This document shows, piece by piece, positions 12,001 through 27,000 of a stretch of DNA of 64,000 nucleotides (its first letter is position 1; each line of letters opens with the position of its first letter). The position numbers and the translations under genes were made by a program. Source of the DNA: Phoronis australis (taxonomy: Eukaryota > Animalia > Phoronida). The stretch is taken from contig NMRA01000279.1 of the NCBI GenBank assembly GCA_002633005.1, positions 466,882-530,881 of the forward strand, given 5' to 3'. The notes under the pieces were generated by a model that did no database searches, was not told the origin of the DNA, and saw only the letters and a program-made list of their open reading frames with translations.

Positions 12001-15000
12001 CCGACCACGTCAAATAACGGTGTCATTGATGTAACACATTGTGAGGGTCTAGTTCTTTAAGGGGAAGCCACAGAGTACCAAGAATGGCATTGATCCCCGG
12101 AATAAATATGGGTCTCGTCAGGCTTACGCCACATAGCTGAGGATGACTATAGAGCTGGGCAACAGGGGTGCCGTTAACAACTTACACGCCACCTTCAAGT
12201 CTTATAGTTGTGAACGTTGAAAAGAAATTTTATGAGTTTGGATGTAACGCGCAAAACAATAAGTCAACAGCATCTCAATAGCATGTCAAGAGTATTTGCC
12301 TGAGCTGTGCTTTAACAATAGACCATGAATAGAAGCGAACGCGTCACCAAACATCCAGTAATATTGCAGAATACATCTTCGTGCATGATCTAGATTTTGC
12401 CCAAAATTATTTAAACTATTGAGTAGAGCACAGATGGAGTAAACAACATTAACTTACGCGCAGTTTCGGTTGTTACTTGTGTAGATGATTGCGGAGACGA
12501 TGGCGGTTCTTGAGTAGGTGGGGGTTGTTCCGATGTAGCGGTCTCCTGAGTCGTCACCGGTTGTTCAGATGTAGCGGTCTCCTGAGTCGTTGCCGGTTGT
12601 TCAAATGTAGTGGTATCTTGAGTTGTTGCCAGTTGTTCAGACGTAACGGTCTCTTGAGTCGTTACCAGTTGTTTAGACGTAACATTCTCTTGAGTCGTTG
12701 CCGGTTGTCCAGACGTAACGGTCTTTTGAGTCGTTGCCAGTTGTTCAGACGTAACGGTCACTTGAGTCGTCACCGGTTGTTCAGACGTAACATTCTCTTG
12801 AGTCGTTGCCGGTTGTCCAGACGTAACGGTCTTTTGAGTCGTTGCCACCTGTTCAGGCGTAACGGTCTCTTGAGTCGTTACCAGTTGTTCAGACGTAACG
12901 GTCACTTGAGTCGTCACCGGTTGTCCAGACGTAACGGTCTCTTGAGTCGTTGTCAGCTGTTCAGACGTAGAGGTCTCTTGAGTAGTTACCAGTTGTTCAG
13001 ACGTAACGGTCTCTTGAGTCGTTACCAGTTGCTTAGACGTAACAGTCTCTTGAGTCGTTGCCGGTTGTTCAGACGTAACGGTCTCTTGAGTCGTTACCAG
13101 TTGTTCAGACGTAACGGTCACTTGAGTCGTCACCGGTTGTTCAGACGTAACATTCTCTTGAGTCGTTGCCGGTTGTCCAGACGTAACGGTCTTTTGAGTC
13201 GTTGCCACCTGTTCAGGCGTAACGGTCTCTTGAGTCGTTACCAGTTGTTCAGACGTAACGGTCACTTGAGTCGTCACCGGTTGTCCAGACGTAACGGTCT
13301 CTTGAGTCGTTGTCAGCTGTTCAGACGTAGCGGTCTCTTGAGTCGTTGCTAGTTGTTCAGATGTAACGGTCTCTTGAGTCGTTGCCAGTTGTTCAGCTGT
13401 AGCAGTCAGCTGAGTTGTTGCCGGTTGTTCAGATGTAGCGGTATCGTGAGTTGTTGCCGGTTTTTCAGACGTAACGGTCTCCACAGTTGTTGCCAGTTGT
13501 TCAGACGTAGCGGAATCCAGAGTCGTTGCCAGTTGTTCAGACGTAACGGTCTCCTGAGTGGTTGCTGGCTGTTCAGATGTAGCGGTCTCTTGAGTCGTTG
13601 CCGGTTGTTCAGATGTAACATTCGGTTGAACAGTTGCCGGTTGTTCAGATGCATTTGGTTGTTGGGATGTAGCGAGATAATCAATTGTACAGTTTACACC
13701 GTCGCCTTGGTAACCAACATTGCAAGTGCACGAGAAGCCACCTTGCTTGTTCTCACATGATGCGTTTGTGTGACAATTGTCAGCGTTTATAGCGCATTCG
13801 TCAACATCAGTACAATTTACACCGTCTCCACTGAAGCCTACGTTGCATGAACACAAAAATCCACCACCTGTGTTCATGCACGATGCATTTGCGTGACAGT
13901 TGTTCATGCCGTTAGCACATTCGTCAACATCAGTACAATTTACGCCATCTCCACTGAAACCACCGCTGCATTTACACGAAAATCCACCATCGGTATTCGT
14001 GCAAGTTGCATTTGCGTGACAATTGTTAATGCCGTTAGCACATTCGTCAACATCAGTACAATTTACCCCGTCGCCACTGAAACCACCGCTGCAAGTACAC
14101 GAAAATCCACCATCGGCATTAACGCAAGTCGCGTTAGCGTGACAGTTGTCGATGCCGTTGGCACATTCGTCGACATCAGTACAATTTACGCCATCTCCAC
14201 TGAAACCACCGCTGCATGTACACGAAAATCCACCATCGGTATTTGCGCAAGTGGCGTTAGCGTGACAATTGTCAGTGTCGTCAGCACATTCGTCAACATC
14301 AGTACAATTTACGCCATCTCCACTGAAACCGCCGCTGCATGTACATGAAAATCCGCCAGCGGTATTCGTGCAAGTGGCATTTGCGTGACAGTTGTCGGCA
14401 CCAGTATCACATTCATCAATATCAGTACAGTTGATACCATCTCCTTTGAAGCCGCCATTACATGTGCACGAAAAGCTCCCATCGGTATTCTTACACGTGC
14501 TGTTCGCGTGACAGTTGTGGCTGCCGTTATCGCACTCGTCAATGTCATTGCAGGTAGTTCCGTCGCCGGCGTAACCATCTTTACAAGCGCATGAGAAGAG
14601 AACAGGCAAATCCGTGCATATGGCGTTCGAACTGCAGTTGTCAATTTTAAATGAGCATTCCTGTAATATTAGACAAAGTTTTACTAAAGAAGTTTGTGTT
14701 GTTTTGTTTTTGGCGAAAATTATGAAACACATTAGATTTCTTGTCGACCTTCTATTAGTATTTTTGTCCTTGGGCGCCTTTCTCAGCGCCAGCAGTGGGA
14801 TCGCCATTGCTGATACATGAAATTATATACTGTTCATTTCATAGAAAGTATCACCGTAACTAAACATCACACAAGACCATAGAAATTTATTTGAGATCTG
14901 TGCGACTTCATTTAGAATTTCTTTCTTGTCTAGATCTCTCATCGGCCGAAATAAGGATTATAATATGGCGTTTCGCAAAGTTGGAACAAGCGAGTCGAGT

Positions 15001-18000
15001 TGTGAAATTTGCCACGAGCCTTCATAATGCACAATTCCCAGTGGGACTTCAGTATGGATGTGACGAGGTCAGTTTTTGTTGACTATAGTGACTAGTTTGA
15101 TGTAAGTGAAAACTTTGTTGATTTCATAACAAATCAACAGACAAATATCCGAGCCTTGTTGGCATTGAGAGAAGTTGTACACTTGTTGTGCCTCTTAAAG
15201 ATGCATAGTCTCATTAAATTGTGAATATGCAAACGAAGTACTAATTTATAAACAACCCCAGGTCTTCCAGTGTGCTGGAAACCATCCGTGAACCAGTTAC
15301 TGTTACAATCTCGCGAACGTCTCGTTTTGCCAGACTATTAGTATGGTAAAATTTCACAATAGCCCTAATGAAATGAGGCACACTTTTTAATATTTGTTTA
15401 TTTCACTATCAAATAACGATTGGGTAATATTTGGAATTACTAGGTTTCTTATATTTTTTCACTTGTTATGTTGGTGGTGCTTTCTTTAAAACTGCAATTT
15501 ATTTACAAATTGTTTCTTTCTGATAAAATTTGTACACAGTTCTCCAGAAAATCACTAGGTGGCGCTTGCCACAAGTTTAAGTAATTCACAGTTTTAATGA
15601 GACGTAGCATTTTTAAGGCAAAGCAAAAAAAAGTGGAAGATCAACCCAAAGAACAAATACTTCGTGAAGAGGATAATACTGACAATGTCTGCCCTGGTAA
15701 ATCAGAATTTACTTACATCAATCCCAAAACAATCATTGACACCGTCACCAGAAAGCCCAGCATTGCATTGGCACTTGAAACTTCCTTCAGTGTTCGCGCA
15801 CGTAGCATTTGCGTGACATGGGGAGCTTGTTTCACATTCGTTGACGTCCGAGCAGTTAAAACCGTTTCCTTGATATCCTTGATTGCACGTGCAGTTGAAG
15901 TTACCCGGGGTGTTGGTACACTCAGCGTTCAAGTCGCACGTGTCGTCACCGCTTGCGCACTCGTTCAGATCTAAATACATGTTTATCAAGTGGTCTTTAA
16001 TAAGAGCAAGATAATGACGTGTTCCCAAAGTGTGCAGGGGCGGATCCAGGATTTTTAGTTAGGGAGGCCAAGGCACCCTTGCCCCCTCTAAATCCGCCAC
16101 TAGTATGCATCGCATACAGAAATGATGCAATTAATGACGGCATTAGTTTAAATACTCCCCTACAGGAGGAAGCAATGCAAGTAGTCTTAAACTAGTCTCT
16201 TGAGGGCTCAAATCAAGCCCAAAGACTGGCCGAGGAAACCGTCCCAATAATGAAAAATGTATCTGCTGAACTCCACGAACATCGGTAAAAATCATGGTTA
16301 CCACTACAGGGAGGCGGGAGTGGCGTCTCTTTTGTAATACAAAGCCCAACGCTACATATTAGAAATTCACTCAAAGGTTTGACAGAGACAGGTGGACACA
16401 AAAAAGCTGAAATTACCAATAGGAGACACAGCATTATGCAAATTTGTTCAAATATCTACATTGGCGAAACATTGCACACTAGCGATAAAGAGGCGGAGCA
16501 AGGAGACACATCATTCACGTGACATGTCCTACATTAAACAAATGCGGTATAATCTTTGCTGTAAAAATGAACATATTTGCCAAATGTTATGAACATCCAG
16601 CAGAGAACCCGGCAGATAGTGAAGTAGATGCTAAGACAATTTACAACAGTGCTACAAGAGGACACTGCTATAGTCAGACCATACGAAATCAACGCCCGCC
16701 GCACCTCTCCCCCAACACGTATACGTCATTTACGAAACTTTATGAAGACCTGTCAAGGATTTTGGAATGACACTGGCAAAACTGGCAAAGCAGGAATGCA
16801 ACGACAAGACGTGGGTGACTCGTTATAGCTACTAATTTATTTACAAATGTCTCCAGTCGTGTCTAGTATGACTTACCTACGCACGTGCCATTTCCTCTGC
16901 TAAATCCGACTTTACACAAACAGGAGTAAGAACCATTCGTGTTCACGCAGTACTCGTCTTGTTTACAGACGCTGGGCGTATTTTGGCATTCGTCTATGTC
17001 ATCATTGCACCCCTCTCCCGTCCATCCAGTCACGCAATTAGTACAACCAATGGTGGCGTTACATGTTAGAGCTCTTGTGCCGCATTCACAGGTGTTGTTG
17101 CAATTGGGACCCCAGTGAATTGCATCGCAGGCTGTCGAAATGTAATACAACATGTATTAACTGGAGCGCAACACGGCAAGCAAGTCACTTGCTTTGACAA
17201 GTCCTGGATTATAGAACGGAAGCAATGGATTTTTACATATTATTCAAATCTCTACGGTCGCTGAAAGATAACCTCAATGCCGCCATTTTGCAAGTCTGCT
17301 CTGGAGAGGCGGCAAGCTTTCTCGCGAAACACGTCATTTTCCAGCAGCACTGATATGCTTGAAGATAAAATATAGCACATCAAGGGAACATGCAAAAGAA
17401 ATAAAATCTATACGTATATAACGGACACTAACAGCGTTCAATAAAAATGTCAAGTGACATAATCGGCGACAATAAATCACGAAGAAAATTTGGAAAGTTT
17501 TGTAAAATTTCACGAATTTGCACTTCAGCAGTTGTTCGAAGATTTTTCATCAAAACTTGGATTTTTTAATACACATTAGTCTTGCTTCCATTTTCACAAA
17601 AATGTGCGGAGCCTATGTATGACCTTCGACTTCCATGGGCACCGTCTTACACGCGAGCTCACGTGATTTCTAAATGTTTAAGCATGAAATCCAGCAGTTC
17701 AGTACCATACTTCCGAAAAACTGCACAGCTTAGCTCTCATAACTTTTTGCTTTAGTATAGAGGAATATTTCAAGGCGGGTTTTGTATAATGCCGCCGATC
17801 ATTCGAAAATCTGAGAGAAACAGAGGGATTGAATCAGTCAAGTTCAAATAGCTTACCCATTTTGGGTGTTTATCGGTCGTAAAACTGACTGTGTCCTTTT
17901 AAAGACAACTACCGATAGTGCATGGTAATCTGCTATACTGAAAACGACGTTTCAGGTTTCAACTAGAGAGTTTGGAAAAATCTTGTGACGTAATTCAATA

Positions 18001-21000
18001 ATCTTTCCTGACACTGGAACTGTAGAGAGCAATGCTTCAGAAATTGGGACCCACCTAAAATTCGTAAATATTATTTTCTTTATAAGAACCTAGCTTGACT
18101 CTCATCAATCGAAAGATACAACTGATACTTCAAGCACTTGAAACATGGTAGCATCCAATGTGCTACTTTTTACCATCACTGAGTTTTTCTTCAATGCATT
18201 CATCCGAGGTAGACAAGGATACATATACCCAAAGGAAATTGAAAAAGGTAGGAATTTCTATACCAAACTCAGTTATGTTTAAAAAGACTTGAAATGTAGA
18301 CGACATTTGAAAGGAAAGCAGTAAAGATTTTTTAGCAAATCACATCGTGTCAAAATTGGTTTGGATAGCTTTTTGAAGGGACACTAAACCAAGCGCTGAT
18401 TTCATCCAAAACTGAGTCTGTCACATGATTTTACAAATTAGAATCTCTTCTTTGTGATAAATTTGTATTATTCAGCTAAAACCATCCTCAAGTTGGGTCC
18501 TTTCGTTAGATGTCTATCTCTACAGATATTGGTGAAATCTTGCCACTGACTAAAATGGTTTTTATTATCCTTTTACGTATAAGCAAGCGAGAAAGTAGTA
18601 AAATGACGAATAACATCAACATAAACACCAACGACGACGAAGACGACAACAAAAACAGCATTAAAATTTTCGTTTGAGAAACTACTCACGTGTACATGAA
18701 CGTTCATCAGAGGCCAGAGAGTAGCCATCATCACAGCCACACTTGTATCCGCCGTCTGTATTTTTACAGTGGTGAGGTTGAGCACAAAAGGCTCCAGCAT
18801 TAGAACACTCGTTGACATCTACGAGACAAGCAAGAATAAAATGAAGATGAAGAATAAGGAATTCAAACAGATTGCTTTTTGTACGTCCAAGCTCATAGAA
18901 TTTTCTTACAAGCGTTTAACCACCACGCTCCCGCATTCACTTAGAGTATGCTACACTGTCTCTCTGTTCATTTTCCTCAGAATCCAACACACGAGCCTTT
19001 AATACTCCCCAAACATCCTGAGAGGTTTGTTGCATTTAGTATCATTAAACAGCACATTTTAAAGTCTTGGTTTTGTTGACTTGTTCAGTCAGCAATATGA
19101 CGGAATTAAAGTATTGGTACATCAGGTTACACACGGCACGTTTCAAACAAGTATTTGGTGACCTATTACTTAAAGACGCTATGTCCCATTAAAACCGTGA
19201 ATATTAAAATTTGTAGCAAGCGCCACCTTGTGACTTCCTGGAGAACTGTGTGTACAATTATAATCATGAAAAGAAAAAAATGCAAGTAAAATGCGATTTT
19301 AAAGAAAGTTCTACAACTGATACACTTGAAAACACGTTTGAGCAAATAGAAAACCCTAGCAATATTAAGTAGTACGCCATCGCTGTTTGATAGTGAAATG
19401 AACAAATAATAAAAACAGTGCCTTGTTTCATTAGAGTAACAATGCCATACTCATTTACATAAAAATAGTCTTGCAAAACGAGACTTTCCTGAGATTGTAA
19501 TGTCAATTGTTTTTTTATGCATTCGGGCACACCGGAAGATCCGGGGTTGTTTGTAAAATAGTACTTCATTCGCAAATTCACAATTTAATGAGACATAGCG
19601 TCTTTAAAGCCAAAATCTATTATGTGAAATAAATTAAGATCATTATATACCAAGGAACAATACCTTAATGCGCTTCAACAACCACAATGAAAACTTACCA
19701 GAGCAATTCACTGAGTTTGTCAGGTTATAACCCGCGGGACACCCGCAAGCATAATACCTGGATGTTGCGTTGAACTTGCAGAAGTGGGAACATGTGAGGT
19801 TGTTGGCTTCGCACAAATTTGTCGCTGGAAGTGTATAATTTTCCATAAAACACTGTTTAATATTACATGTACCTTGCTTAATGTCTATTTCAAACTGATT
19901 GTAATGAACAACAGAGTAAGGCAACAATAAAACCCCTTACCTATGAGACAACAATGAAGAACACAGTGAGATTTACTATGCCCCCAGTCCATAATAGGAT
20001 GCGCAAAAAATCAGAAATTTTAGACAAGATAAATTTATTACATACATCAGAAGTTGCAAGGCTCACAATTCGTAATTTCCAAAGTACATAGCGGAATTTA
20101 ACTTACTGTTTTGTAAAGAGCACGTGGTATTATCACTGCCAAGATCGTATCCAGGGTAACAATCGCACCGGTAGGAACCTGCACTGTTGACGCATATCTG
20201 ACTACATATGTCGCCTCGCTGGCATTCATCGACGTCTGAAAATCAAGACACAATTTCCAGTTGATATAACGACAACAACAGTTGAAATGTTAGAGCAGGG
20301 GCATTTCTAATGTTTGCAAATCCATGATAGTAAAAACTGTATTTCCGTGACGAAATAACGAATTGAAACATACAGGTACTTACGTAGCATTGAAAAAATA
20401 ATGACAGAAAAAATCCATTGCATATTAATGATATCATAAGTCTTGAAATTATCATATCTGATCCTGTTATTTCCAAATTGTACCGGAGTTGGACCTCCAG
20501 TCGAGTCCCGCAGTTGGCTTTTGCCCGCTTCAATCGTTCATTTTTCGCCGGTTGAGCATCCCCAAAGCAACTCATATAATGAGCCCAAAATATGCCCTGC
20601 ACTAAAATACTGAAGTGACGTCTGGTGGTAACTTCGTGCTTTTAAACCGAAAATGTCTAGTGGTCGAAAATGCCAGCAACACATGCAAATGGAAAATGGG
20701 GTCGTAATCTGTACTGCTTGTTGTACTTTGCAGATAATTAGTTTTAAACCTAAACATTTTTAGTACTTAACGATTCCTCTAACAAATTTATCACCCATAG
20801 TGTCACTGACGCCAGGCTGCGTGAAATAAAATGGCTTGGTGAAATTTCAAAAACGTCCAAGGCTCGCCGGTAATCGGAATACCAAAGCACACTTGTTCAA
20901 GGAGACCCACATGCGGCTAAACGCGCAGATTAGGCACCATCGATGATAGGAAATACTGGAGTAGACAAATCCTGGCGCACATAGGCGCATGTGCGTCTTT

Positions 21001-24000
21001 GAAGGATTCATGGTATAGACACATACCCACCTGTGCAATTGTACGACCCATTAAGTGTGTAACCACTCTTACACGCGCACTCATATCCTTGCCCGTTGTC
21101 TTTATTCAAACACGTCTGTTCGCATTGGTTTAGAGTGCTGTTATCACATTCGTTCAAATCTGCAAAAAATAATTTAACCCGGGGTAGAACAAAGCAAAAG
21201 ACTTCAATTGAATACGTTGAAGTCGTTCTTTCAACCCCATGGAATTGTTACAGATGCCACACGCTGCCAGAACAACCATTGTTCAGGCCCACCATACTGA
21301 GAAATTTACTTCTATTGATGAGACAAGGGGCCTCAGTGTTCGCAAGAAAATTGTCATCGGTAGCTCTTATATAATCAACAACATTTGCATACTTCAAACA
21401 TATTATCACACTGGTAAGACCCACATATACTGTTTTACGTATTTCCAATGTGGAATATACTATAACAGAAAATTACCAATATTTGTGATTTAAATTCAGC
21501 AGTAATTCTGACCTGCAAGTGACGTGGCAAAGGGCTCAAAATTGTGACATACATTCGGTGACACTCACCAACGGGCATATTTGATTATTCGCCCGAAGAA
21601 CGCTTGTCAATTTTATCAGGGATCGCTGGTGTGATTACCTCGTCGGGTGATCTCGGGCGATTTCGACGATTACTCACTGGCATAAGCTCCCTCCCGTGGA
21701 AAGGCAAAAATTTCCACAGCGTGATTGAAAGTCTTGTTATTGCACCCACCACAAACACAGCGCCTCACAACAGCGAAACGTTTGTTAAAATAACGCAAAA
21801 ACGTGGAGAAAAGGCAACACAATGAAGAAACAAAGAGCACGCAGTTTGCTGCTACGTCATACAAGATNATCACACTGGTAAGACCCACATATACTGTTTT
21901 ACGTATTTCCAATGTGGAATATACTATAACAGAAAATTACCGATATTTGTGATTAAAATTCAGCAGTAATTCTGACCTGCAAGTGACGTGGCAAAGGGCT
22001 CAACATTCGGTGACACTCACCAACGGGCATATTTGATTATTAGCCCGAAGAACGCTTGTCAATTTTATCAGGGATCGCTGGTGCGATTACCTGGTCGGGT
22101 GATCTCGGGCGATTTCGACGATTACTCACTGGCATAAGCTCCCTCCCGTGGAAAGGCAAAAATTTCCACAGCGTGATTGAAAGTCTTGTTATTGCACCCA
22201 CCACAAACACAGCGCCTCACAACAGCGAAACGTTTGTTAAAATAACGCAAAAACGTGGAGAAAAGGCAACACAATGAAGAAACAAAGAGCACGCAGTTTG
22301 CTGCTACGTCATACAAGATACCCAATAACAAGCCAGTGGCTAATGAGATCATGAGCATCATCTTACAGAATTTCACTAAGCTGTAAAACGACATACGACG
22401 ACGATTTTTTGTTTTGGGAGCGTGGCTATGGGAATGAAAAGTATTGAACCCACAGGACATTAAACTTCACTGGCAAATCTTAGGATGCAGTAAGGGGGAA
22501 CCATGTTTTTCGCGGGATAAATGTCATTGGAATCTTTTAAAACGTCATGCATTGTGAAAGGCTGTTAACTGAAAGTTCAACAGCGTCTTCGTATAACCAT
22601 TTAAAAATGGTAGCACTGATTATCCAGATTAGAAGAGCACTTAAGGCTCGCTTGATCTACGTTTTAGCAGTCTAGGTCCGTATTCTTTCCCATCTGAGCC
22701 TATTAAAGTTGAACGCTTGCGAGATTCAACCTCCATCTTCACCAAAATCTAACTCCCAGAAAAAAAGTATTCGCCAGAAGAGGGCGCAACCAGCTTCCAC
22801 CTAAACTGAACTCACCCACGCATTCTCCTTCAGCCTTTTCGAATCCACTAGGACACGCTCCACACTCAAAAGTTTTATTGAGCGCTTGTTCTTCGGCAGG
22901 CGTCATGTCCGTGCAGTTGGTTCCAGACTCTTCACAGGGCGAGTCAGCGCAGCCGTCTATATTTGTACTGCAGTTGTCGCCTGGTAAATGCAGGGTATCG
23001 TATAAAACTAAGACCTCACTTTACTGCATTTAAACAATAATGCTTATTGCATATCATGTGTACCGTGTGCATATTTATAACTGTCCTTGTGCACCTGTGT
23101 TCATGGGCGGCGCAGCACCGAAATAAAGTGTTGGGGCTATAGACCGCCAGACCCCTTACAGTGCGCCGCCCATGGTACCGCCCAGACGAACATTACGAAG
23201 CATCCGTTCGACATTCAAATATTAAGCATTGTGACAGCATAAAAGTACCTTTCGCTAGGATGCCGTAAGAAAACGAAGCAATTACTTTCATCTACGGACA
23301 TTGTGTGGCGTTGCATTTACGTGAGTTGCTAATCTGTTGGTGGCGCTGGACATTTGTACAAACTATATGTTTAGTTGTTCATCGCCAGTAGCGACGGAAC
23401 TTAATCTAAATTTAAGAACAAGGCATATTACCTTCCCATCCAGTTGAACACAGGCACGTGGTTAAGATGACGGACTGACTGCTGGACACATGCAACTGGT
23501 CTTTTGGTTTGAAATCCGCGGTAGCATTATTTTGGCAAGATGGCGATAGACTCACTGCTATTGTATAAGTATTGGAAGTCCGGTTTGTGCTATCTCTGGC
23601 GACGAAACTATAAATGCAGAACAAAAACTGTGTACACTATGGCGTTAGATTTATTGAGGTACATAACATGAATAAGCAACAGACAGTTAACAACATGGTA
23701 TGCGTCTAAGACAAGTTCTGGTCAATCACTCACCTAAATGCCGAACTTTTCAAAACCGACGGTGTCCATTGGACAGTGACGTTAACTTGCTTGGAGTCCG
23801 TCATCGGGCTGAAGTTCAGGTCACTAGGTACACCGATAGCTTGCAAGGTAATGTTATCCCCATTTGCATCAGAAGCTGATAAGTTAAATGATACTGTCTC
23901 GCCAATGGTAGCAGTGAGGTATGACGTTCCCGTAAGAACAGGAGGGACTTGGGCTGAAAGTAGTGACGTAAGCAGATATACATGGAATCCGTATCAGGAG

Positions 24001-27000
24001 ATTTCAAATATGCACGTAATTCTAAATTTGGAAGTGGCTTGATTCAGATATTTTAGACCAACTTGAAAACACAGGACAACAGTTGTCATCCCCTTAGACT
24101 ATTTAAGTACCAAAATATGAACATAACTTAAGTGTTTTCTCAAGAAGCAATGAACACAATACATGTATGTAATTGACAAAGAAATTTATCCTACCAGATT
24201 CCTGTTCTAGACGTTCATCTTCTTCGGCTGTTTCTTTAGTCGCTAGCGAAAGACTTTTGTCACCCGTGGCAGCATAATCGAAGAGACATTCCTGGTTGGA
24301 GCCACATGCGGCTCTCATTTCCTCAGTTATGTTCAGCTCGTCAAAGAACAGCGGCACAAAACTAACGTTGTTGAACGATTGAGGAGTTTCTCCAGCCTTG
24401 TACAAGAAGGCACCAGCACCGTCGACCATCCCTGTGGGGAAAGTGAAACATTTACACGGTCGACTCTCATTTCAGTTTTGCGATTGATCACCATATTCAT
24501 TAAAAAAGTGCCCTCAGGTCGCCACTCACACCCTGGTCGCCAACATTTTGACGTTACCTCTCATGTGCTGACAACACAATATACATGCACTAGCTACCTG
24601 GGCGCTTTGCATTATGGTGTGTACAAAGCTTTGTTTGATTTTTCGTATCCGACTCTATAACCTACTAAGCGGGTTATTGACAGGCGTTTAGTCCAACTAT
24701 TGTTTTCGAGATACGTCGTACGTATCACAAGACTTGTCGATTGAAACAGACTACCGGTACAGTGTATGTCCGATTTCGTTTCGGGAAAGTGACATATGGC
24801 AATTAGAACACCCCTCTACACTTTGATCGTCGTATCCGAGGCCGATACAAAGTCATATATCAGATGGTGTAGACAGACGTAAAATTGCAAGGCATGTTAT
24901 GACTGTTACCTACTTCGAGTGATAATTACTTCCCTTGTCGCTGCTGTCATAAACTCTCGCCTTGCAAGCTGACTATCTCAACGGTTCCTTAGTGTAACAT
25001 TCTAACAACGGTTTTAGTATTTGCATTCTACCACAAAATAAACCGGTTGAAACGCCGGGGCCTCAACTACCCACGACTGGACCGCAACAACCTGTTGAGG
25101 ATGTCTTCTAACTGGTCAGATCTCCCGGCACAATTAAGTATACATTTATGAGACTTAGCAATTAGCACTCTTTTATTCACCAGATTTGAAGAAACTTACA
25201 AGACTGCCCCATGTAAAACTTCTCTCGTTCTGTCGAGTTGGGGCTGATGAGTGTTCCATTGCGATAGGCGAAGTCATCGCTGGTATCACTGTTGATATTA
25301 CCCATTAAGCCACTTGTACGATTGGTGACAGACGGTGGTGTTGTAACAGAGAAACTCAAGATGCCAGCCAAGGCTTGGACAGTGACGACAAATCCTTAAA
25401 TTGAAAGAGACAGGATATAGTAAGTAGGCTTATCCACGGGATGCGAGCAGCTCGCAAGATTACGAAGGTCTTCGTGATATATCGACACGCATTCCTAGCC
25501 ACGCGCGTGACAACATTAACTTTTCCTCAACGATTGCCTTGGGTCTATGGAATACAAGTTCTTTTCATTTCCTCTAAACAGTAACTACACCAAATCCCGC
25601 GGTATGAAATTTTGCTTCATACACGATTTAATGCTAAAAGGACACGATATAAGTGATATCGCCCAAAACTGGCACTATCACCTGAATATAATACAGAATT
25701 AGTATGTACTATGATGACGAAATCATTGGGAGGTCAAAGGTCCTGTATCACGTGACGAGGTGAATCCTGGTGTTGTTTTAATAAATGCTCAAAATATGCA
25801 ACATTTGAAGTAGCCTCCTGTATTCGAGTCCCCTGCCACAAGCGCTTTGGTTGAAAATCCAGACCTTACCTTTAGAATACCACACAGTATTCTTAAAGAC
25901 GCAATCATTGAGGAATAATTTAAAGTAAGAACGATTTAAGTTTATATTTAGAAAACTCTAGAAATCTCAAATAGATAGTTGCACCTCATCGTTCGCAGTG
26001 GTCGAGGTTGACTTCAAATCTTACGCCATGTTTTATTTGATCGAAATCGTCTTAGTCTTGCTATCACGTTCCATATGTTTGATTAATTTCATATCATTGA
26101 CTTATCAGCCATGCCATTTATATTACGTGAATATGTGTATTTTAAAGTCAAGGCGAATTTTCAGACATAATCCGTAGGTATTTGTCGCTTCATTCCGACT
26201 GACCACACTCTAGAAAATGTTTTGTAATTTTATTTTATTATCGTGATGCCTATTTTGTGCGCATATTTTAAACTTTCCATTTTCATAATTCCACAAAAGA
26301 GGGCTTAGCACCCTTGGTCTAGCTAGTTCCGCTGTCCGTGTGTGAACTATAAAATTTCACGCAGTATAAACGATTGGTTGTGTAGTCGATGGCCCTGAAG
26401 TCAATATGGTTGACTTAAAATGCAAAAAAGCAGTGATGACTAATAGTAAAAGGGACTTTGTTGATTACATAAAGTAATGGTTGAATTCGCAAGAAAGTTG
26501 ATAAAACGAAACGTGATCATCTTCATTAACATAAGCAGATTGTGAATCGGACTCAGCTGGACACGGCTGTTTTGTAACGATGTTCCTTCAGCTTACGTCT
26601 TCACCCATACCTGACGAAAACGCTGCTATGGCCGACGTGTTTGTCCTTGTAACTGATGAACCCTCGAAGTCCCTGTCCTCGAAAAATCCGGACTGTTGTG
26701 CATTGTTAACGTATACATCTACACCTGTAATAACACATTTATTAGAGTAGCTATACATGTAGGACACATCGTCGATTGCGTGAGCAGTCTATTGCTTCAA
26801 CCGCCATTACTGCACAGGTATGCCCAATCTGCACCAGTGGCATTGACGGTACCTCGCAAAACTATCGTATATATCGTAAACAGTTTTATAGGTCCTGAAC
26901 TCTGCCTCTACCGTGCGGGTCCGCCAACCTGCTACCATGCAGTGGCGATGAAGGCACAAACCTCATGCCAATAGGTGGTGACCTCGAAGAATGTCCCACA

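Noticed and set aside
12489-13760. Long plus-strand Arg/Leu-rich ORFs (287 aa and 135 aa)
   Set aside because: Antisense shadow of the 36-bp coding minisatellite. A stop-free repeat unit produces long ORFs automatically.
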